A stretch of DNA of 64,000 nt from Acidimicrobiia bacterium. GTDB lineage: Bacteria > Actinomycetota > Acidimicrobiia > Spongiisociales > ZC4RG35. Below the pieces are notes generated by a model that was not told the DNA's origin, ran no database searches, and worked only from the letters and a program-made list of their open reading frames with translations. The position numbers and the translations under genes are program-made. This document shows, piece after piece, positions 1 through 10,472 of the stretch (position 1 is its first letter; each line of letters opens with the position of its first letter). The stretch spans positions 200,760-264,759 of the forward strand of contig JANQOU010000008.1 of the NCBI GenBank assembly GCA_028285585.1. The letters are read 5' to 3'.

Positions 1-493
1 AATCACCCTGGTCGATAGCGGCCTTGGCCCTGGCGAGATCATGTGCGGCGAGATGATCGATGAAGAGGATTCCGTTCAGGTGATCAATCTCGTGAAGGAA
101 CGTGCGTGCCAGCCTGCCGCTGACCATGAGCTCCTCCTGTGTCCCGCGATTGTCTTGAAACCGAACTCTAACCTCCCTGGCACGAGCCAACTCGAACCGG
201 AACGATCGGGGGAAAGACATGCACCCCTCATCGTCGAAGACGATGTCATCGGATGTTTCGAGAACATCCGGGTTCACGCAGTGTCCTGAGGAGTTGTCCG
301 ACCGCCAAACGAAGACTCGACGCAGAAGCCCCACCTGATTGCCTGCTAAACCTCCACCCCCGGCAGTGGCCAAAGTCAGGTGCATCCGACGGAGAATCTC
401 GGAGAGTTCGTCACCAAACTCCGTGACAGGTCGCGCCACCTCGCGAAGGATTGGATCCCCGAACGTGCTGATTGGCAGTAGATCGGAAGTCAT
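1..493 (-). CDS. def: peptide deformylase (3' end runs off the window; absent from ORF track)
   Basis: Manual translation MTSDLLPISTFGDPILREVARPV...GGGLAGNQVG...EGCMSFP...FLHEIDHLNGILFID shows all three PDF motifs; ATG overlaps the upstream stop (ATGA at 490-493). Confidence 0.9.
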   Translation of the reverse strand, partial: MTSDLLPISTFGDPILREVARPVTEFGDELSEILRRMHLTLATAGGGGLAGNQVGLLRRVFVWRSDNSSGHCVNPDVLETSDDIVFDDEGCMSFPRSFRFELARAREVRVRFQDNRGTQEELMVSGRLARTFLHEIDHLNGILFIDHLAAHDLARAKAAIDQGD

Positions 494-1482
494 CGGTGTT
501 TCTCCATCATCTCCTCAGCGAAGTGACAAGCGACAAGATGATCTCCTTCGACCAATCGCAGCTCCGGTTCGTCAGTTGCGCATTCCGGGCGAGCCATTGG
601 GCACCTCGTCCTGAACCGACATCCCGAAGGCGGTGATGCCGCGCTGGGCAGCTCCCCCTTCAGAATGATTCGCTGTGACCCGGCTTCCGGGTCGCGCGAA
701 GGCACCGCCGACATGAGCGCCTCGGTGTAAGGATGGGCAGGGGAGGCGAAGAGGTCGAACACCGAAGCAAGTTCGACGATCCGCCCCAGATACATAACCG
801 CCACGCGATCGGCTAGGTAGCGGACCACTCCCAGGTCATGGGAGATGAAGAAGTAGGTGAGACTGAGCTCGTCTCGAAGCTCGACCAGGAGATTGAGGAT
901 CTGCGCCTGAATAGAGACATCGAGCGCCGATACCGGTTCGTCCAGAAGGAGGAAGGTCGGCTCGGTTGACAGGGCGCGGGCAAGACCAATGCGCTGCCGC
1001 TGGCCGCCCGAAAACTCATGGGCGTGGCGATCGGCAACAGCCGGTGGCAGGCCAACGAGCTCGAGTAGCCGATCAACTCGTCCGATACGGTCATCGATGT
1101 CATGAACCACCAGTGGCTCCTCGACTATCTGACGCACCGTCATGCGCGGGTTCAATGAGGAGTGAGGGTTCTGGAACACAACTTGCATGTCTCGTCGATG
1201 AGGGCGCAATTGCCGTCTACCGAGGTTGGTGAGATCGGACCCCATGAATTGGACCGTGCCGGATGTCGGCTCTTCGAGACGTACGACGAGCCTACCGAGG
1301 GTGCTCTTGCCGCAACCCGATTCACCGACAAGTGCGAAGGTCTCCGCGGTCTCCACCTGCAAGGACACTCCGTCAACAGCCCGCACCGCCTGGGAGTTTC
1401 TCCGGCCGCCACCTGAGCTCGGGTAGTGCTTGACAAGATCCTCGACCCGCAGGAGTGGCTCCTCATAGTCACGACGACTCAC
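490..1482 (-). CDS. oligopeptide/dipeptide ABC transporter ATP-binding protein (OppF/DppF type)
   Basis: GESGCGKST Walker A, FSGGQRQR signature, LLLDEP Walker B, C-terminal GCRFRTRCP Cys domain; start reset to GTG 1482. Confidence 0.93.
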   Translation of the reverse strand: MSRRDYEEPLLRVEDLVKHYPSSGGGRRNSQAVRAVDGVSLQVETAETFALVGESGCGKSTLGRLVVRLEEPTSGTVQFMGSDLTNLGRRQLRPHRRDMQVVFQNPHSSLNPRMTVRQIVEEPLVVHDIDDRIGRVDRLLELVGLPPAVADRHAHEFSGGQRQRIGLARALSTEPTFLLLDEPVSALDVSIQAQILNLLVELRDELSLTYFFISHDLGVVRYLADRVAVMYLGRIVELASVFDLFASPAHPYTEALMSAVPSRDPEAGSQRIILKGELPSAASPPSGCRFRTRCPMARPECATDEPELRLVEGDHLVACHFAEEMMEKHR

Positions 1483-1486
1483 GGCC

Positions 1487-2482
1487 CTACCCACCATTGG
1501 GAGCCTTACTAGCGAAAGGCCGCACCCAGCATGCGACTTTGTGACCGTCGCCAACTCGCTCGAGTGGGGGGTGAACCGATGGGCACTTCTCAACACCGTA
1601 AGAGCACCGTGGCGAGAAAGGACAGCCGTCCAAGGCTGCACCATGAATCGGTGGTGTCCCCGGGATTGAGACCAGCTGCTGATCTCGTCGGGTATCTGTA
1701 TCAACAATGCTGGCCAGGAGGCCTGCCGTGTAGGGGTGCTCAGCGTGCCGGAACAGCGTGGCCGTGGGTGCTTCTTCCATGACTCTGCCTCCGTACATCA
1801 CAAGTGTTCGGTCTGCGAAATCTGACAACAGAGATAGGTCGTGAGTTATCCAGATGACCGACATGTCCCGGTCCGCGGTTATTGACCTGACCATGTCGAC
1901 GATCTGTGCCTGAACCGTGACATCCAATGCGGTTGTTGGCTCGTCTGCGATGAGCAACTTGGGCGAACACGCCAACGCGCTGGCGATCATCACCCTTTGC
2001 CTCATGCCGCCGGATAACTCGTGTGGATAGGCCTTCATCCGTTCGGCGGGAGAGGGGATGCCAACTTGCTCCAAGAGATCCACGGCTCGCCGGTGAGCTT
2101 CGGTTCGGTCCAGGTCGAGGTGATACCGCATTCCCTCCATGAGTTGGACTCCGACACGCCGAACCGAGTTGAGAGCAGTCATCGGGTCTTGAAAGACGAC
2201 CCCGATCTCGCGACCTCTGAGCTGCCGTCGCTCCAGCGATGACATCTTCCGGACGTCGCGCTCATCAAAGAGAATCCGTCCTCCGATGATTTCGGCCGGC
2301 GGGGTCGGGAGCAGGTCAGGAATGGACATCGCGGTCACGCTCTTGCCCGAAGCAGATTCCCCGACAATTCCAAGCACTTCACCGTGACCAACCTCGAATG
2401 AGACGCCTTTTACAGCGTCGTTCACGCCTTGGTGTGTGGTGAAGCGAACCGAAAGGTCTTCTACCTGGAGAAGTGGAGTCAA
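1487..2482 (-). CDS. oligopeptide/dipeptide ABC transporter ATP-binding protein (OppD/DppD type)
   Basis: [34 protein letters not shown]. Confidence 0.93.
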   Translation of the reverse strand: MTPLLQVEDLSVRFTTHQGVNDAVKGVSFEVGHGEVLGIVGESASGKSVTAMSIPDLLPTPPAEIIGGRILFDERDVRKMSSLERRQLRGREIGVVFQDPMTALNSVRRVGVQLMEGMRYHLDLDRTEAHRRAVDLLEQVGIPSPAERMKAYPHELSGGMRQRVMIASALACSPKLLIADEPTTALDVTVQAQIVDMVRSITADRDMSVIWITHDLSLLSDFADRTLVMYGGRVMEEAPTATLFRHAEHPYTAGLLASIVDTDTRRDQQLVSIPGTPPIHGAALDGCPFSPRCSYGVEKCPSVHPPLERVGDGHKVACWVRPFASKAPNGG

Positions 2483-3237
2483 GACGCTGCTACCAGATCA
2501 ATCCTTATACGCCCGTCCCTCGTGACCTCCGGCGCCACCAGAACCGACCTTGTGGGCAGCACTTCGGCATGGAACAGATCCTTGGTTACATCGTTGAATT
2601 GGGCATATGTGTCGAATTCATCGATGAACACTGTCATCTTCAGAATGTCGTCAAGCGATAAACCATGAGCCTCCAAGCGGCGCGAAGCGGACTCAAAAAC
2701 CGCAACGCTCGCTTCGCCCAGATTCTCTCCATGCCCGTATAGGCCATTCAGCGCCAGGAATGGGTCCCTCAGGATCTCCGAACTCTGATCCCCTTGTCCG
2801 CTTAGTTCCTTCAGCACAGCTTCGGCGTTCTCTTCTTGATCGGAGGCAACGGCCACCCAATCCATCTCGATTAGCCCGTGGAGTGCAACCGTCTCGACTT
2901 CTTCGTAGACGAACAGTCCGACCTCATGACCGAGGAATTCGCGAGTCTGTTCGGCAACGCTGGCCCTCGAATCGGGCTGCGCAACGAAGGCGGCAACCTC
3001 TACAACGGTCAGTGGAGCGCTCAAGGAGTCGGTGATGGCTTGAAGATGGTTCAGGCAGTGTCCGACCTGTTGTTCGAGCGATCCCTGTATCCCCGTCTCG
3101 ACATCGTCATCGCGATTCAAGGGAGCACCGACCTGCCCTCCAGTGAATAGGTAGGGCCCGAAAGCCACTGCCTGAGATCGGTGACCGAAGCTCGGTGGAG
3201 CATTGTCAGTCTCTATGCGACGCGCGACGTGAGTCAC
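2479..3237 (-). CDS. two-domain RidA/YjgF family protein
   Basis: N-domain APPSFGHRSQAV...LFTGGQVG...LIEMDWVA; C-domain LDDILKMTVFI...FNDV...PTRS; GTG 3237 preceded by GAAGGA RBS. Confidence 0.75.
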   Translation of the reverse strand: MTHVARRIETDNAPPSFGHRSQAVAFGPYLFTGGQVGAPLNRDDDVETGIQGSLEQQVGHCLNHLQAITDSLSAPLTVVEVAAFVAQPDSRASVAEQTREFLGHEVGLFVYEEVETVALHGLIEMDWVAVASDQEENAEAVLKELSGQGDQSSEILRDPFLALNGLYGHGENLGEASVAVFESASRRLEAHGLSLDDILKMTVFIDEFDTYAQFNDVTKDLFHAEVLPTRSVLVAPEVTRDGRIRIDLVAAS

Positions 3238-3313
3238 GATGCATTCCTTCCGTAGGACCAATCGCTCGCTTGGATCGGCCGTGTCTCGTGCCTCCGAGTG
3301 GGTCGGATCTGAG

Positions 3314-4546
3314 TCATGCCGCTCCACTCTGAAGGCGCTCGTCTCCACGGACCACCGCACCTTCCTTGATCACGACGTCGACGTTTGCGAGATCACTTAT
3401 TCTCTCGGCCGGATTGCCGTCCACTGCGATCAGGTCGGCGACTTTTCCAACCTCGATTCTGCCGAGGGAGTCCTCTTGATGAAGTGCCTCAGCCGACGCG
3501 GAGGTCGCAGCACGAAGCGCATCGATTGGATCCATCCCTATCTCAGTGAACAAGACACACTCCTGAGCAATGGATGCCCGAGGATTGTCGGCATCGGTAC
3601 CCGCCGCCATCCGAACACCAGCCTGCCAGGCTCGAGAAAGTCCTTCTTGGGCAAGGGCGGCCATCTCCTTGGCTTTCTCAGCTATGTGCTTACCAAAGCC
3701 CATCTCCAGGCCATAGTTGGCGAGGCTCCAAGCGATCGCTTGCGTGGGGACGATGGGGGTGTCGTGCTCCAGGAGGAGTTCGATTGCCTCGTCATCAAGT
3801 ATGTCGGCATGATCCACCCAGTCAACGCCTGCCCGAACGGCATTCTTGATCGACGCACTACTCACAGCGTGCGCTGAAGCCAGACGACCGGCCTTGTGGC
3901 CTTCCTCCACAATCGCGCGCATCTCTGGCTCAGACAGCTGCGGCCACCCGGGTGGTCCGATCAGTCGCCCTCCGCCCCCGCCAATACTGGAAGCTCCGTA
4001 GATCTTGAGGACGTCGACGCCGCGCTTCAGCTGAAGCCGAGCCGTCTTTCTCGCCTCTACTTCGCCAGTTACCTCCTCGACGTGATCCTCATTGCCAAGT
4101 CGGATCCCACCGTGTTGAGCAATGAGGGGCCCGCTGGCGAAGACGCGTGGTCCCTCGGTCCACCCGTCAGCAACTGCTTCACGCATAGCCACAGCCAGGT
4201 AGTCGGGTGCACCCGCGTCACGGACCGTCGTCACACCGCTGCTCAGCCAAGTCTCGGCTCCCCATGCGGCCTGAAAGATCTTCGCAGCGATCAACGGAGG
4301 CAGGTCCAAACTGACATCCCTCTCGCCGCCGCTGATTGGTTCCTTCAATAGAAGAAAATGATGGAAGTGGAGATCGAAAAGACCAGGCAGCAGCGTCCCA
4401 TCCACGTCCAGGACCTGGGCTGCTTGAGGTGCTTCCGACGCGGGCCCGACCCACGAGATCCGACCGTCGTCGACACCGACGCTCGTCGGTCCCAGTAGGT
4501 CAACGCCGTCAAACACTTCGCCTGCATTGATCATTAGTTCTGGCAC
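3314..4546 (-). CDS. metal-dependent amidohydrolase (Xaa-Pro dipeptidase/HutI-like group)
   Basis: LLPGLFDLHFH, GVTTVRDAG, DVLK, SAHA, VDHA, AGTD, GKVADLIAVDGNP; GTG start with GAGGAGG RBS. Confidence 0.88.
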   Translation of the reverse strand: MPELMINAGEVFDGVDLLGPTSVGVDDGRISWVGPASEAPQAAQVLDVDGTLLPGLFDLHFHHFLLLKEPISGGERDVSLDLPPLIAAKIFQAAWGAETWLSSGVTTVRDAGAPDYLAVAMREAVADGWTEGPRVFASGPLIAQHGGIRLGNEDHVEEVTGEVEARKTARLQLKRGVDVLKIYGASSIGGGGGRLIGPPGWPQLSEPEMRAIVEEGHKAGRLASAHAVSSASIKNAVRAGVDWVDHADILDDEAIELLLEHDTPIVPTQAIAWSLANYGLEMGFGKHIAEKAKEMAALAQEGLSRAWQAGVRMAAGTDADNPRASIAQECVLFTEIGMDPIDALRAATSASAEALHQEDSLGRIEVGKVADLIAVDGNPAERISDLANVDVVIKEGAVVRGDERLQSGAA

Positions 4547-4567
4547 TGATTGCCTCCTCAAGGCTCC

Positions 4568-5551
4568 TTAGCTGGAGTCATATACGTAGGGGTCCATTGC
4601 ATCTCTCAGCCCATCGCCGAGAAAATTGAAAGCCAATAGCGTCGCACCCAACGCCACGCCTGGGGCAATGAGCAGGTAGGGATCGGAGCGGATATACGCC
4701 ACACCCTCCGCAATCATGATCCCCCAGCTCGGCGTGGGTGGTTGAGCACCTAGCCCGAGAAAGCTGAGTCCGGCCTCCATCATGATCGCTGCCGGGATGC
4801 CGAACGTTGTTGCGACAATTACGGGAGCGAAGGCGTTGGGCAAAATGTGTCGCCGCATGATCCGCAAGTGACTAGCGCCGGTCGCATTGGCTGCCAGAAC
4901 GAACTCCTCTTCCTTCAACGAGAGGACTTGTCCGCGCACCAGGCGGGCGACCGTCAGCCAGAGAATCAGAGCCATGGCCAGCAGGACTCCTGTCAGACCT
5001 CCGGTCAGGTCGTCAATAGAGGCGACCACCCCAAGGAATCCCGAGTCGGCGTCATCGAGCGTCGGGCGCAGGTAGGTCATTGCCACTATCACGAACAGAA
5101 GTGGAGGGAATGCATACAGAACGTCGATTCCGCGCTGAACAAACAGATCGAAACGCCCTCCGAAATAGGCTGAGATCAGCCCTATTGGCACGCCTATCAG
5201 CAGAATGACGATCTGACCAACCACCGCGAGCGAAAGGGAGATTCGGGCCCCATAGAGAATCCGGGTCAGCACATCGCGGCCCAATGCGTCAGTTCCCAGC
5301 CAATGTGACGACGACGGTGATTGTGCAATCGCCCCGAAGTCAGTCCCGTCGTAAGTAAAAGGCGTCAACAGGGGTGCCGCGATGGCGGCGAACGCGAGCA
5401 CCGCCAAAAAGCCAAGGCTCAACATTGCCGAACGATTCCGACGGAGCCGCTGCCACGCTGCACGCGCCGGGCCTTGACCATCATGGAAGGCAACCGCCTC
5501 CATCGGGCTCGACTGCTCTGCGGGTAGCCCGCTCTCAATCACGTCACTCAT
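4568..5551 (-). CDS. peptide ABC transporter permease (OppC type)
   Basis: HWLGTDALGRDVL, EEFVLAANATGAS EAA loop, FNFLGDGLRDAMDP. Confidence 0.93.
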   Translation of the reverse strand: MSDVIESGLPAEQSSPMEAVAFHDGQGPARAAWQRLRRNRSAMLSLGFLAVLAFAAIAAPLLTPFTYDGTDFGAIAQSPSSSHWLGTDALGRDVLTRILYGARISLSLAVVGQIVILLIGVPIGLISAYFGGRFDLFVQRGIDVLYAFPPLLFVIVAMTYLRPTLDDADSGFLGVVASIDDLTGGLTGVLLAMALILWLTVARLVRGQVLSLKEEEFVLAANATGASHLRIMRRHILPNAFAPVIVATTFGIPAAIMMEAGLSFLGLGAQPPTPSWGIMIAEGVAYIRSDPYLLIAPGVALGATLLAFNFLGDGLRDAMDPYVYDSS

Positions 5552-6479
5552 AGGAGACTCGGGGGTCGAGCAGGGTGTAAATCAGATCAACCACGAGGTT
5601 CATCGTCATAACGATGACGGCGAACACGAGAGTGGTCCCAAGGATGACGGGATAGTCTCGGGCGAAAATGCTGTCGACGAAGTACCTGCCGATTCCGGGT
5701 TGGCTGGTGATGACCTCGACGAAGAACGATCCTGTGACGACTTCCGCGAACGCGACACCTGCGACCGTCGCCACCGGGATAAGCGCGTTCGGCAAGGCGT
5801 GACGTATGAGAATTGTCGACTCCGGCAACCCCTTCGATCTAGCCACACGAATGAAGTCGGCTCCCCACACTTCGAGCATGCTCGATCGCGTGTAGCGCGC
5901 CAAAAGGGCCATCGGATGGAGCGCGAGAGCGAAAGCAGGTATGAGGATGTTTATGGAAAACAGTCCATCCCATCCACCGGTCGGCAGCCATCCCAGACCA
6001 ACGGCGAACAAAATCACAAGGAGACTTGCTACGACATAATTCGGAGTCGACACCCCAATAATGGAGAAGAGCGAAGCCATACGATCGGTGAACGTGTTCC
6101 TCTTCAGCGCGCTGACCACGCCCAGAGTGATCCCAAAGACAGTTGCGATCAATATCGCAACCAAACCCAGTTGGAGTGAGACTGGAAGAGTGCGAGCCAC
6201 GATCTCGGTGACACCTTCACCGCTACGACTGAAGGAGACGCCAAGCGAACCTTCAGTGAAGATGTTCTTGAGGTAGGTCCAGTACTGCTGCCATATCGGC
6301 TCGTTCAGCCCATAAACCTCGTTGAGGCGCTCGATGACAGACTCCGGCAGAGGACGGGTCGATGCACCGTCCCACGGGCCTCCGGGTGTGGCGTGCATCA
6401 AGAAGAAGGTCAGAGAGAACACCACCAAGAGACTGGGCACCACCAGGGCCAACCTCGTCAGCAGGTATCGGGATCTCAC
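5544..6479 (-). CDS. peptide ABC transporter permease (OppB type)
   Basis: HATPGGP, FIRVARSKGL, ARDYPVILG, LLDPRV. Confidence 0.93.
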   Translation of the reverse strand: MRSRYLLTRLALVVPSLLVVFSLTFFLMHATPGGPWDGASTRPLPESVIERLNEVYGLNEPIWQQYWTYLKNIFTEGSLGVSFSRSGEGVTEIVARTLPVSLQLGLVAILIATVFGITLGVVSALKRNTFTDRMASLFSIIGVSTPNYVVASLLVILFAVGLGWLPTGGWDGLFSINILIPAFALALHPMALLARYTRSSMLEVWGADFIRVARSKGLPESTILIRHALPNALIPVATVAGVAFAEVVTGSFFVEVITSQPGIGRYFVDSIFARDYPVILGTTLVFAVIVMTMNLVVDLIYTLLDPRVSYE

Positions 6480-6525
6480 CCAACAGTCCCGGAGATCCCG
6501 ATTACCTGCATCAATCGATAGAGCG

Positions 6526-8247
6526 TTAGCGGTTTACTTGCAGCCCAGGCGGCTGCGCAACACGAATCATCTCGGAAGCCTCAGTCGTGACTTCTGTGAA
6601 GTTCGACAAGACATCGGAAACGACCCAGGGCCTGGCTTCGTAGACCGTCGTGACGATTGGAAGATCACGATTGATGAGAGCCTCCGCTTCTTTCCAAAGC
6701 CGATCGTACGCGGTCTGATCTGGAGCAGACAGTGCTGCGTCAAGGGCGGTGACATAGCCAGGATTGTCATATCCGGAATGCCGCACGTTTCCTCGAGGAT
6801 CAAGCTGGCTCACGTGGAAAAAGCGGGGATCCTCGAGTTCAGCCCATTGCAGGGCCAGATAGACATCGAAGTCCTCTTCAGCTCGCGTGTTGCGCCATTC
6901 CGTCATGGCTGCCGGCTCCAAGATCTCAATCGAGACCTCGATCCCCAGATTCTCAGACCACATGGCGGCCAATGCCTGTGCGATCAGAGTCTCCCGTGCG
7001 AGCGTCCAAGAGGCGAGCTCCAGAGTCGGGAAGCCCACTCCATCCGCATACCCGGCCTGTGCCAGGAGGTCCTGTGCTGCCTCGACATCGAACTCGGGGA
7101 ACGTGTCGGGATCGTGACTCGACATCTGTGGCGGGCTGAAACTAGTCGCTTGCGCGTAGGCGCCCCGTAGGACGTCATTTGCCAGCGCGTCGAAGTCGAC
7201 GGCCCTCACCAAGGCTTCACGGACGAGGGGATCGTCCGTCGGTGCCGATTGGGTATCGAAGACCATTATCGAACCCCCGGCCAGCGGGATACGCACGACA
7301 TTGTCAGCCATCTCCGCATCGCTCTCCACTCGCTCGAGGTCGGCAGCGGGGATCAACGCAGCGTCAACCTCACCTGCTTCGTAGGGAGTCAGTGCTTCGT
7401 TCCAAGGATCCTGGAATGTCCGATAGATGATCCGGTCGATGTGTCTCGAGTCGGCCCATGGACCCGTGTACTCGGGATTCTTCACGAACTCGATCCGCTG
7501 ATCCCGAACCCACTCATCCAGCTTGTAGGGACCGTTGCCGACAAACGTCTCGGGATCGGTCCACGAGTCCCCATGCTCTTCGATCACGTCCTGGCGGACG
7601 GGGAAGTAGGCGTTCGTGCCGGTGACCCTCAGCCAATACGCTGCTGGCTGCGTGAGCGTCACTTCGAGTGTCAGTTCATCCAAGACTGCTATCCCAACTT
7701 CGGCCGGATCGGTGACCTCACCGTTGAGATACGCCTCAGCGTTGACGATCTCAAAGAAGAGATCGGGGGTGTACCCACCCACACTGGGATCGATCTGACG
7801 AATCCACGCATACCGGAAGTCTTCAGCGGTCAGGGGCTCTCCATCGCTCCACTTGAGACCTTCACGAAGGTGGAACGTATAGACAGTGCCGTCATCAGAA
7901 ACGTCCCATGATTCCGCGGCCAGCGGCTTGATCTCGCCGTCTTTGGCGTAGCTGTCGACCAAAGGCTCGTAAAGATTCTGATACTCCTGGAACCCCGGAC
8001 CGCCAACGGCTGGATCAAGGGAGGCAGGCTCAAAGGCGGGGAGAATCACATAGGTCTCCTCCGAGTCTCCGCCGGACGAATCGCCGCCACCAGAACCTTC
8101 GCCGGTTTCACTTGATGTGGTGCTGGTTTCTCCACCTGATGGTTCATCTGCGGCGCCGGAACAGCCGGCCACCACCACCGCCATGATGAAAAGAGCGACG
8201 AGCAACCTCACTGGTTGCACCAATCGCTCAGAAGAAAGGATTGACAT
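6526..8247 (-). CDS. peptide ABC transporter substrate-binding lipoprotein (OppA, SBP family 5)
   Basis: Lipobox VVAGC; PASLDP, LAAESWDVSDDGTVYTFHLR...KWSDGEPLTAEDF, GNGPYKL. Confidence 0.92.
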   Translation of the reverse strand: MSILSSERLVQPVRLLVALFIMAVVVAGCSGAADEPSGGETSTTSSETGEGSGGGDSSGGDSEETYVILPAFEPASLDPAVGGPGFQEYQNLYEPLVDSYAKDGEIKPLAAESWDVSDDGTVYTFHLREGLKWSDGEPLTAEDFRYAWIRQIDPSVGGYTPDLFFEIVNAEAYLNGEVTDPAEVGIAVLDELTLEVTLTQPAAYWLRVTGTNAYFPVRQDVIEEHGDSWTDPETFVGNGPYKLDEWVRDQRIEFVKNPEYTGPWADSRHIDRIIYRTFQDPWNEALTPYEAGEVDAALIPAADLERVESDAEMADNVVRIPLAGGSIMVFDTQSAPTDDPLVREALVRAVDFDALANDVLRGAYAQATSFSPPQMSSHDPDTFPEFDVEAAQDLLAQAGYADGVGFPTLELASWTLARETLIAQALAAMWSENLGIEVSIEILEPAAMTEWRNTRAEEDFDVYLALQWAELEDPRFFHVSQLDPRGNVRHSGYDNPGYVTALDAALSAPDQTAYDRLWKEAEALINRDLPIVTTVYEARPWVVSDVLSNFTEVTTEASEMIRVAQPPGLQVNR

Positions 8248-8320
8248 TCTCATCTCCACTCGCCGGGGACACCCGTCAACGCGATCACAACTACCCAAGC
8301 TCCCAGGGGCTCATTGCAAT

Positions 8321-8340
8321 TTCGTAACGAACATAACAAA
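8321..8340. promoter_or_regulatory. possible operator upstream of the opp operon
   Basis: AT-rich imperfect inverted repeat TTCGTAACGAACATAACAAA about 75 bp upstream of oppA. Confidence 0.3.
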
Positions 8341-8499
8341 GCCACAATACAGATACCCTCCGAAGGGTGTCAAGAGTGGCGGTGGCCGAAAGGGCTGATG
8401 GGTGGATCAGGCTGGTGGCTAAGGGCTACAGAGGACTAGCCCAGCGGCAGGAACTGGCAGCAGCACGTTGAGGGAGCAAACGGTCGGCCCTGTGACTCC

Positions 8500-10128
8500 C
8501 TACCCGCACGAGCGCAGTTTGAAGCGCTGAATCTTGCCGGTCTCCGTTTTCGGTAGGGACTCAACGAAGGCGACGCGGCGCGGGTACTTGTAGGGAGCGA
8601 TGTCATTCTTGACGAACTCCTGGAGTTCAACGACAAGACCATCCGACGGTTCCATTGCCTCCTTGAGAACTACGAAGGCCTTCACCAGCTGACCGCGTCG
8701 CTCGTCGGCAACGCCCACGACCCCGCAATCGGCCACAGCGTGGTGTTTCAGAAGCGAAGCCTCCACCTCGGGACCAGCGATGTTGTAGCCGGATGAGATG
8801 ATCATGTCGTCGGCGCGAGCCTGGAACCAGAAGTAGCCGTCTTCGTCTTGAAAGAAGGCGTCGCCCGTGAGATTCCAGGCGTCCTGGACGTAGTCCGTTT
8901 GTCGATCATCGTCCAGGTACCGACAACCGGTGGGGCCACGAACTGCGAGTCTCCCGACCCGTCCGGGTGGGAGCTCCTCCATGCCCGGACCGACTACCTT
9001 TGCCCTAACGCCCGGCAAGGGCTTTCCGGTAGCACCGGGTCTGATGTCATCGCCAGACGACGCGATGAAGATATGGAGCATCTCGGTGGACCCCATACTG
9101 TCGATCAAGGAGATGCCGGTCGCATCCCTAAATGCGCTGAACGTCGGCTCAGGGAGCGTTTCGCCCGACGAGACCCCCAGTCGCAGGCTCGAAAGGTCGT
9201 AATCCTCGAGGACGTCCAACATCATCCGATACGCCGTTGGTGCTGTGAAGCAGATCGTCGCGTTGTGTCGCTCGATGGCTTCCAAAAGTGGACGACCCGG
9301 TCGTTCGGTCAAGACCGTCGAAGCTCCGACCCGCATCGGAAAGACGACCAGACCCCCCAGGCCGAACGTGAACGCGAGCGGAGGACTACCACAAAACACA
9401 TCGTCGCTTGTTGGCTGAAGAACCGGAAGAAAGATGTCGGCGACCGCAAGAACATCTCGATGGAAGTGCATTGCGGCCTTTGGAGACCCTGTCGTGCCGG
9501 AGGTAAAGGCCAGCAACACAACATCGTCGGCTGCGGTGTCAGCCGCCTCGAACTCCTCCGATTCCTTGCGAGCGAGAACGAGCAGATCGTCTGCGTGGTC
9601 CTCGCCCCAGGCGACCGCACGGATACTCGAATCGGCGGTGCGCACCGCTTCGGCAACTTCGCTGTCAGCAAGGGCAAGATCGATCTCAGCGCGCTGGATG
9701 ACCGTCTTGAGCTCACCCGGCCGCAACAAAGGCATGGTGGCGACCACAACACCGCCCGCCTTCACGATCCCAAACCAAGCGGCAACAGCGTGAGGGGTGT
9801 TGAGACAATGCAAAAGGACGCGGTTTCCTGCAACCAGGCCATACCCATCAACGAGAACATTGGCGATCTGATTCGAAAGGGCGTCGAGTTTGGCGTACGT
9901 GAATGTCACGTTCCCGTCGCCCGACTTCATGCATGGCCTCTCACCCCATCCGCGGGCGACGGCCTTTGTGAGAAGCTCGACGGCGCAGTTGAGCTGACCG
10001 GGGTACTGCCTTAGTGGCTCCAGGTCCCAATTCATCTCGGGCCACCGATCAACCGGCGGGAGATTGTCTTTCGTGAACGTGTCCGTGTGTGCCGTGGTCC
10101 CCTTAGGGCCAGAATCAACAACTGCCAT
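8500..10128 (-). CDS. benzoate-CoA ligase family, 2-aminobenzoate-CoA ligase-like
   Basis: N-terminal AHTDTFTKDNLPP...WPE...YPGQLNCAVELL typical of AbmG-like ligases; FTSGTTGSPK, GSTEMLH, PKTETGKIQRFKLR. Confidence 0.85.
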   Translation of the reverse strand: MAVVDSGPKGTTAHTDTFTKDNLPPVDRWPEMNWDLEPLRQYPGQLNCAVELLTKAVARGWGERPCMKSGDGNVTFTYAKLDALSNQIANVLVDGYGLVAGNRVLLHCLNTPHAVAAWFGIVKAGGVVVATMPLLRPGELKTVIQRAEIDLALADSEVAEAVRTADSSIRAVAWGEDHADDLLVLARKESEEFEAADTAADDVVLLAFTSGTTGSPKAAMHFHRDVLAVADIFLPVLQPTSDDVFCGSPPLAFTFGLGGLVVFPMRVGASTVLTERPGRPLLEAIERHNATICFTAPTAYRMMLDVLEDYDLSSLRLGVSSGETLPEPTFSAFRDATGISLIDSMGSTEMLHIFIASSGDDIRPGATGKPLPGVRAKVVGPGMEELPPGRVGRLAVRGPTGCRYLDDDRQTDYVQDAWNLTGDAFFQDEDGYFWFQARADDMIISSGYNIAGPEVEASLLKHHAVADCGVVGVADERRGQLVKAFVVLKEAMEPSDGLVVELQEFVKNDIAPYKYPRRVAFVESLPKTETGKIQRFKLRSCG

Positions 10129-10472
10129 CAGGCGAAGTCTTCTTGGTCGCTGAGATGCCGATCTGATGTCTGGCTCCACGCATCGATCAAGGCTCGGAAT
10201 GTGGCACGTGCGGTGATCATCGATGACGCGATCTGGAAGCTCAAGCGTCAGCGTAGCCACGTGACCACAGCGAGTCGCCGGGCACCGGCCAGCACGAAGA
10301 GGACGTCTCCTGACTCAGCAAAAGGGGCCCAGCAATCGGCGCCAGGCCCAACAACGAGACACCAACATGAGACAAACCTACCGACCCAAGGGCGAATACT
10401 CCTTCCCTCCTATGCCCCAGGGTTCACCTCATGGCAGACGCTTTCAAGCATGAGTCCAGTGGCGTCAGACCG

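Noticed and set aside
6322-10014. Long plus-strand ORFs (6322-7170, 7249-7911, 8848-10014)
   Set aside because: Antisense shadows of oppA and the CoA ligase, typical of high-GC codon bias; no motifs
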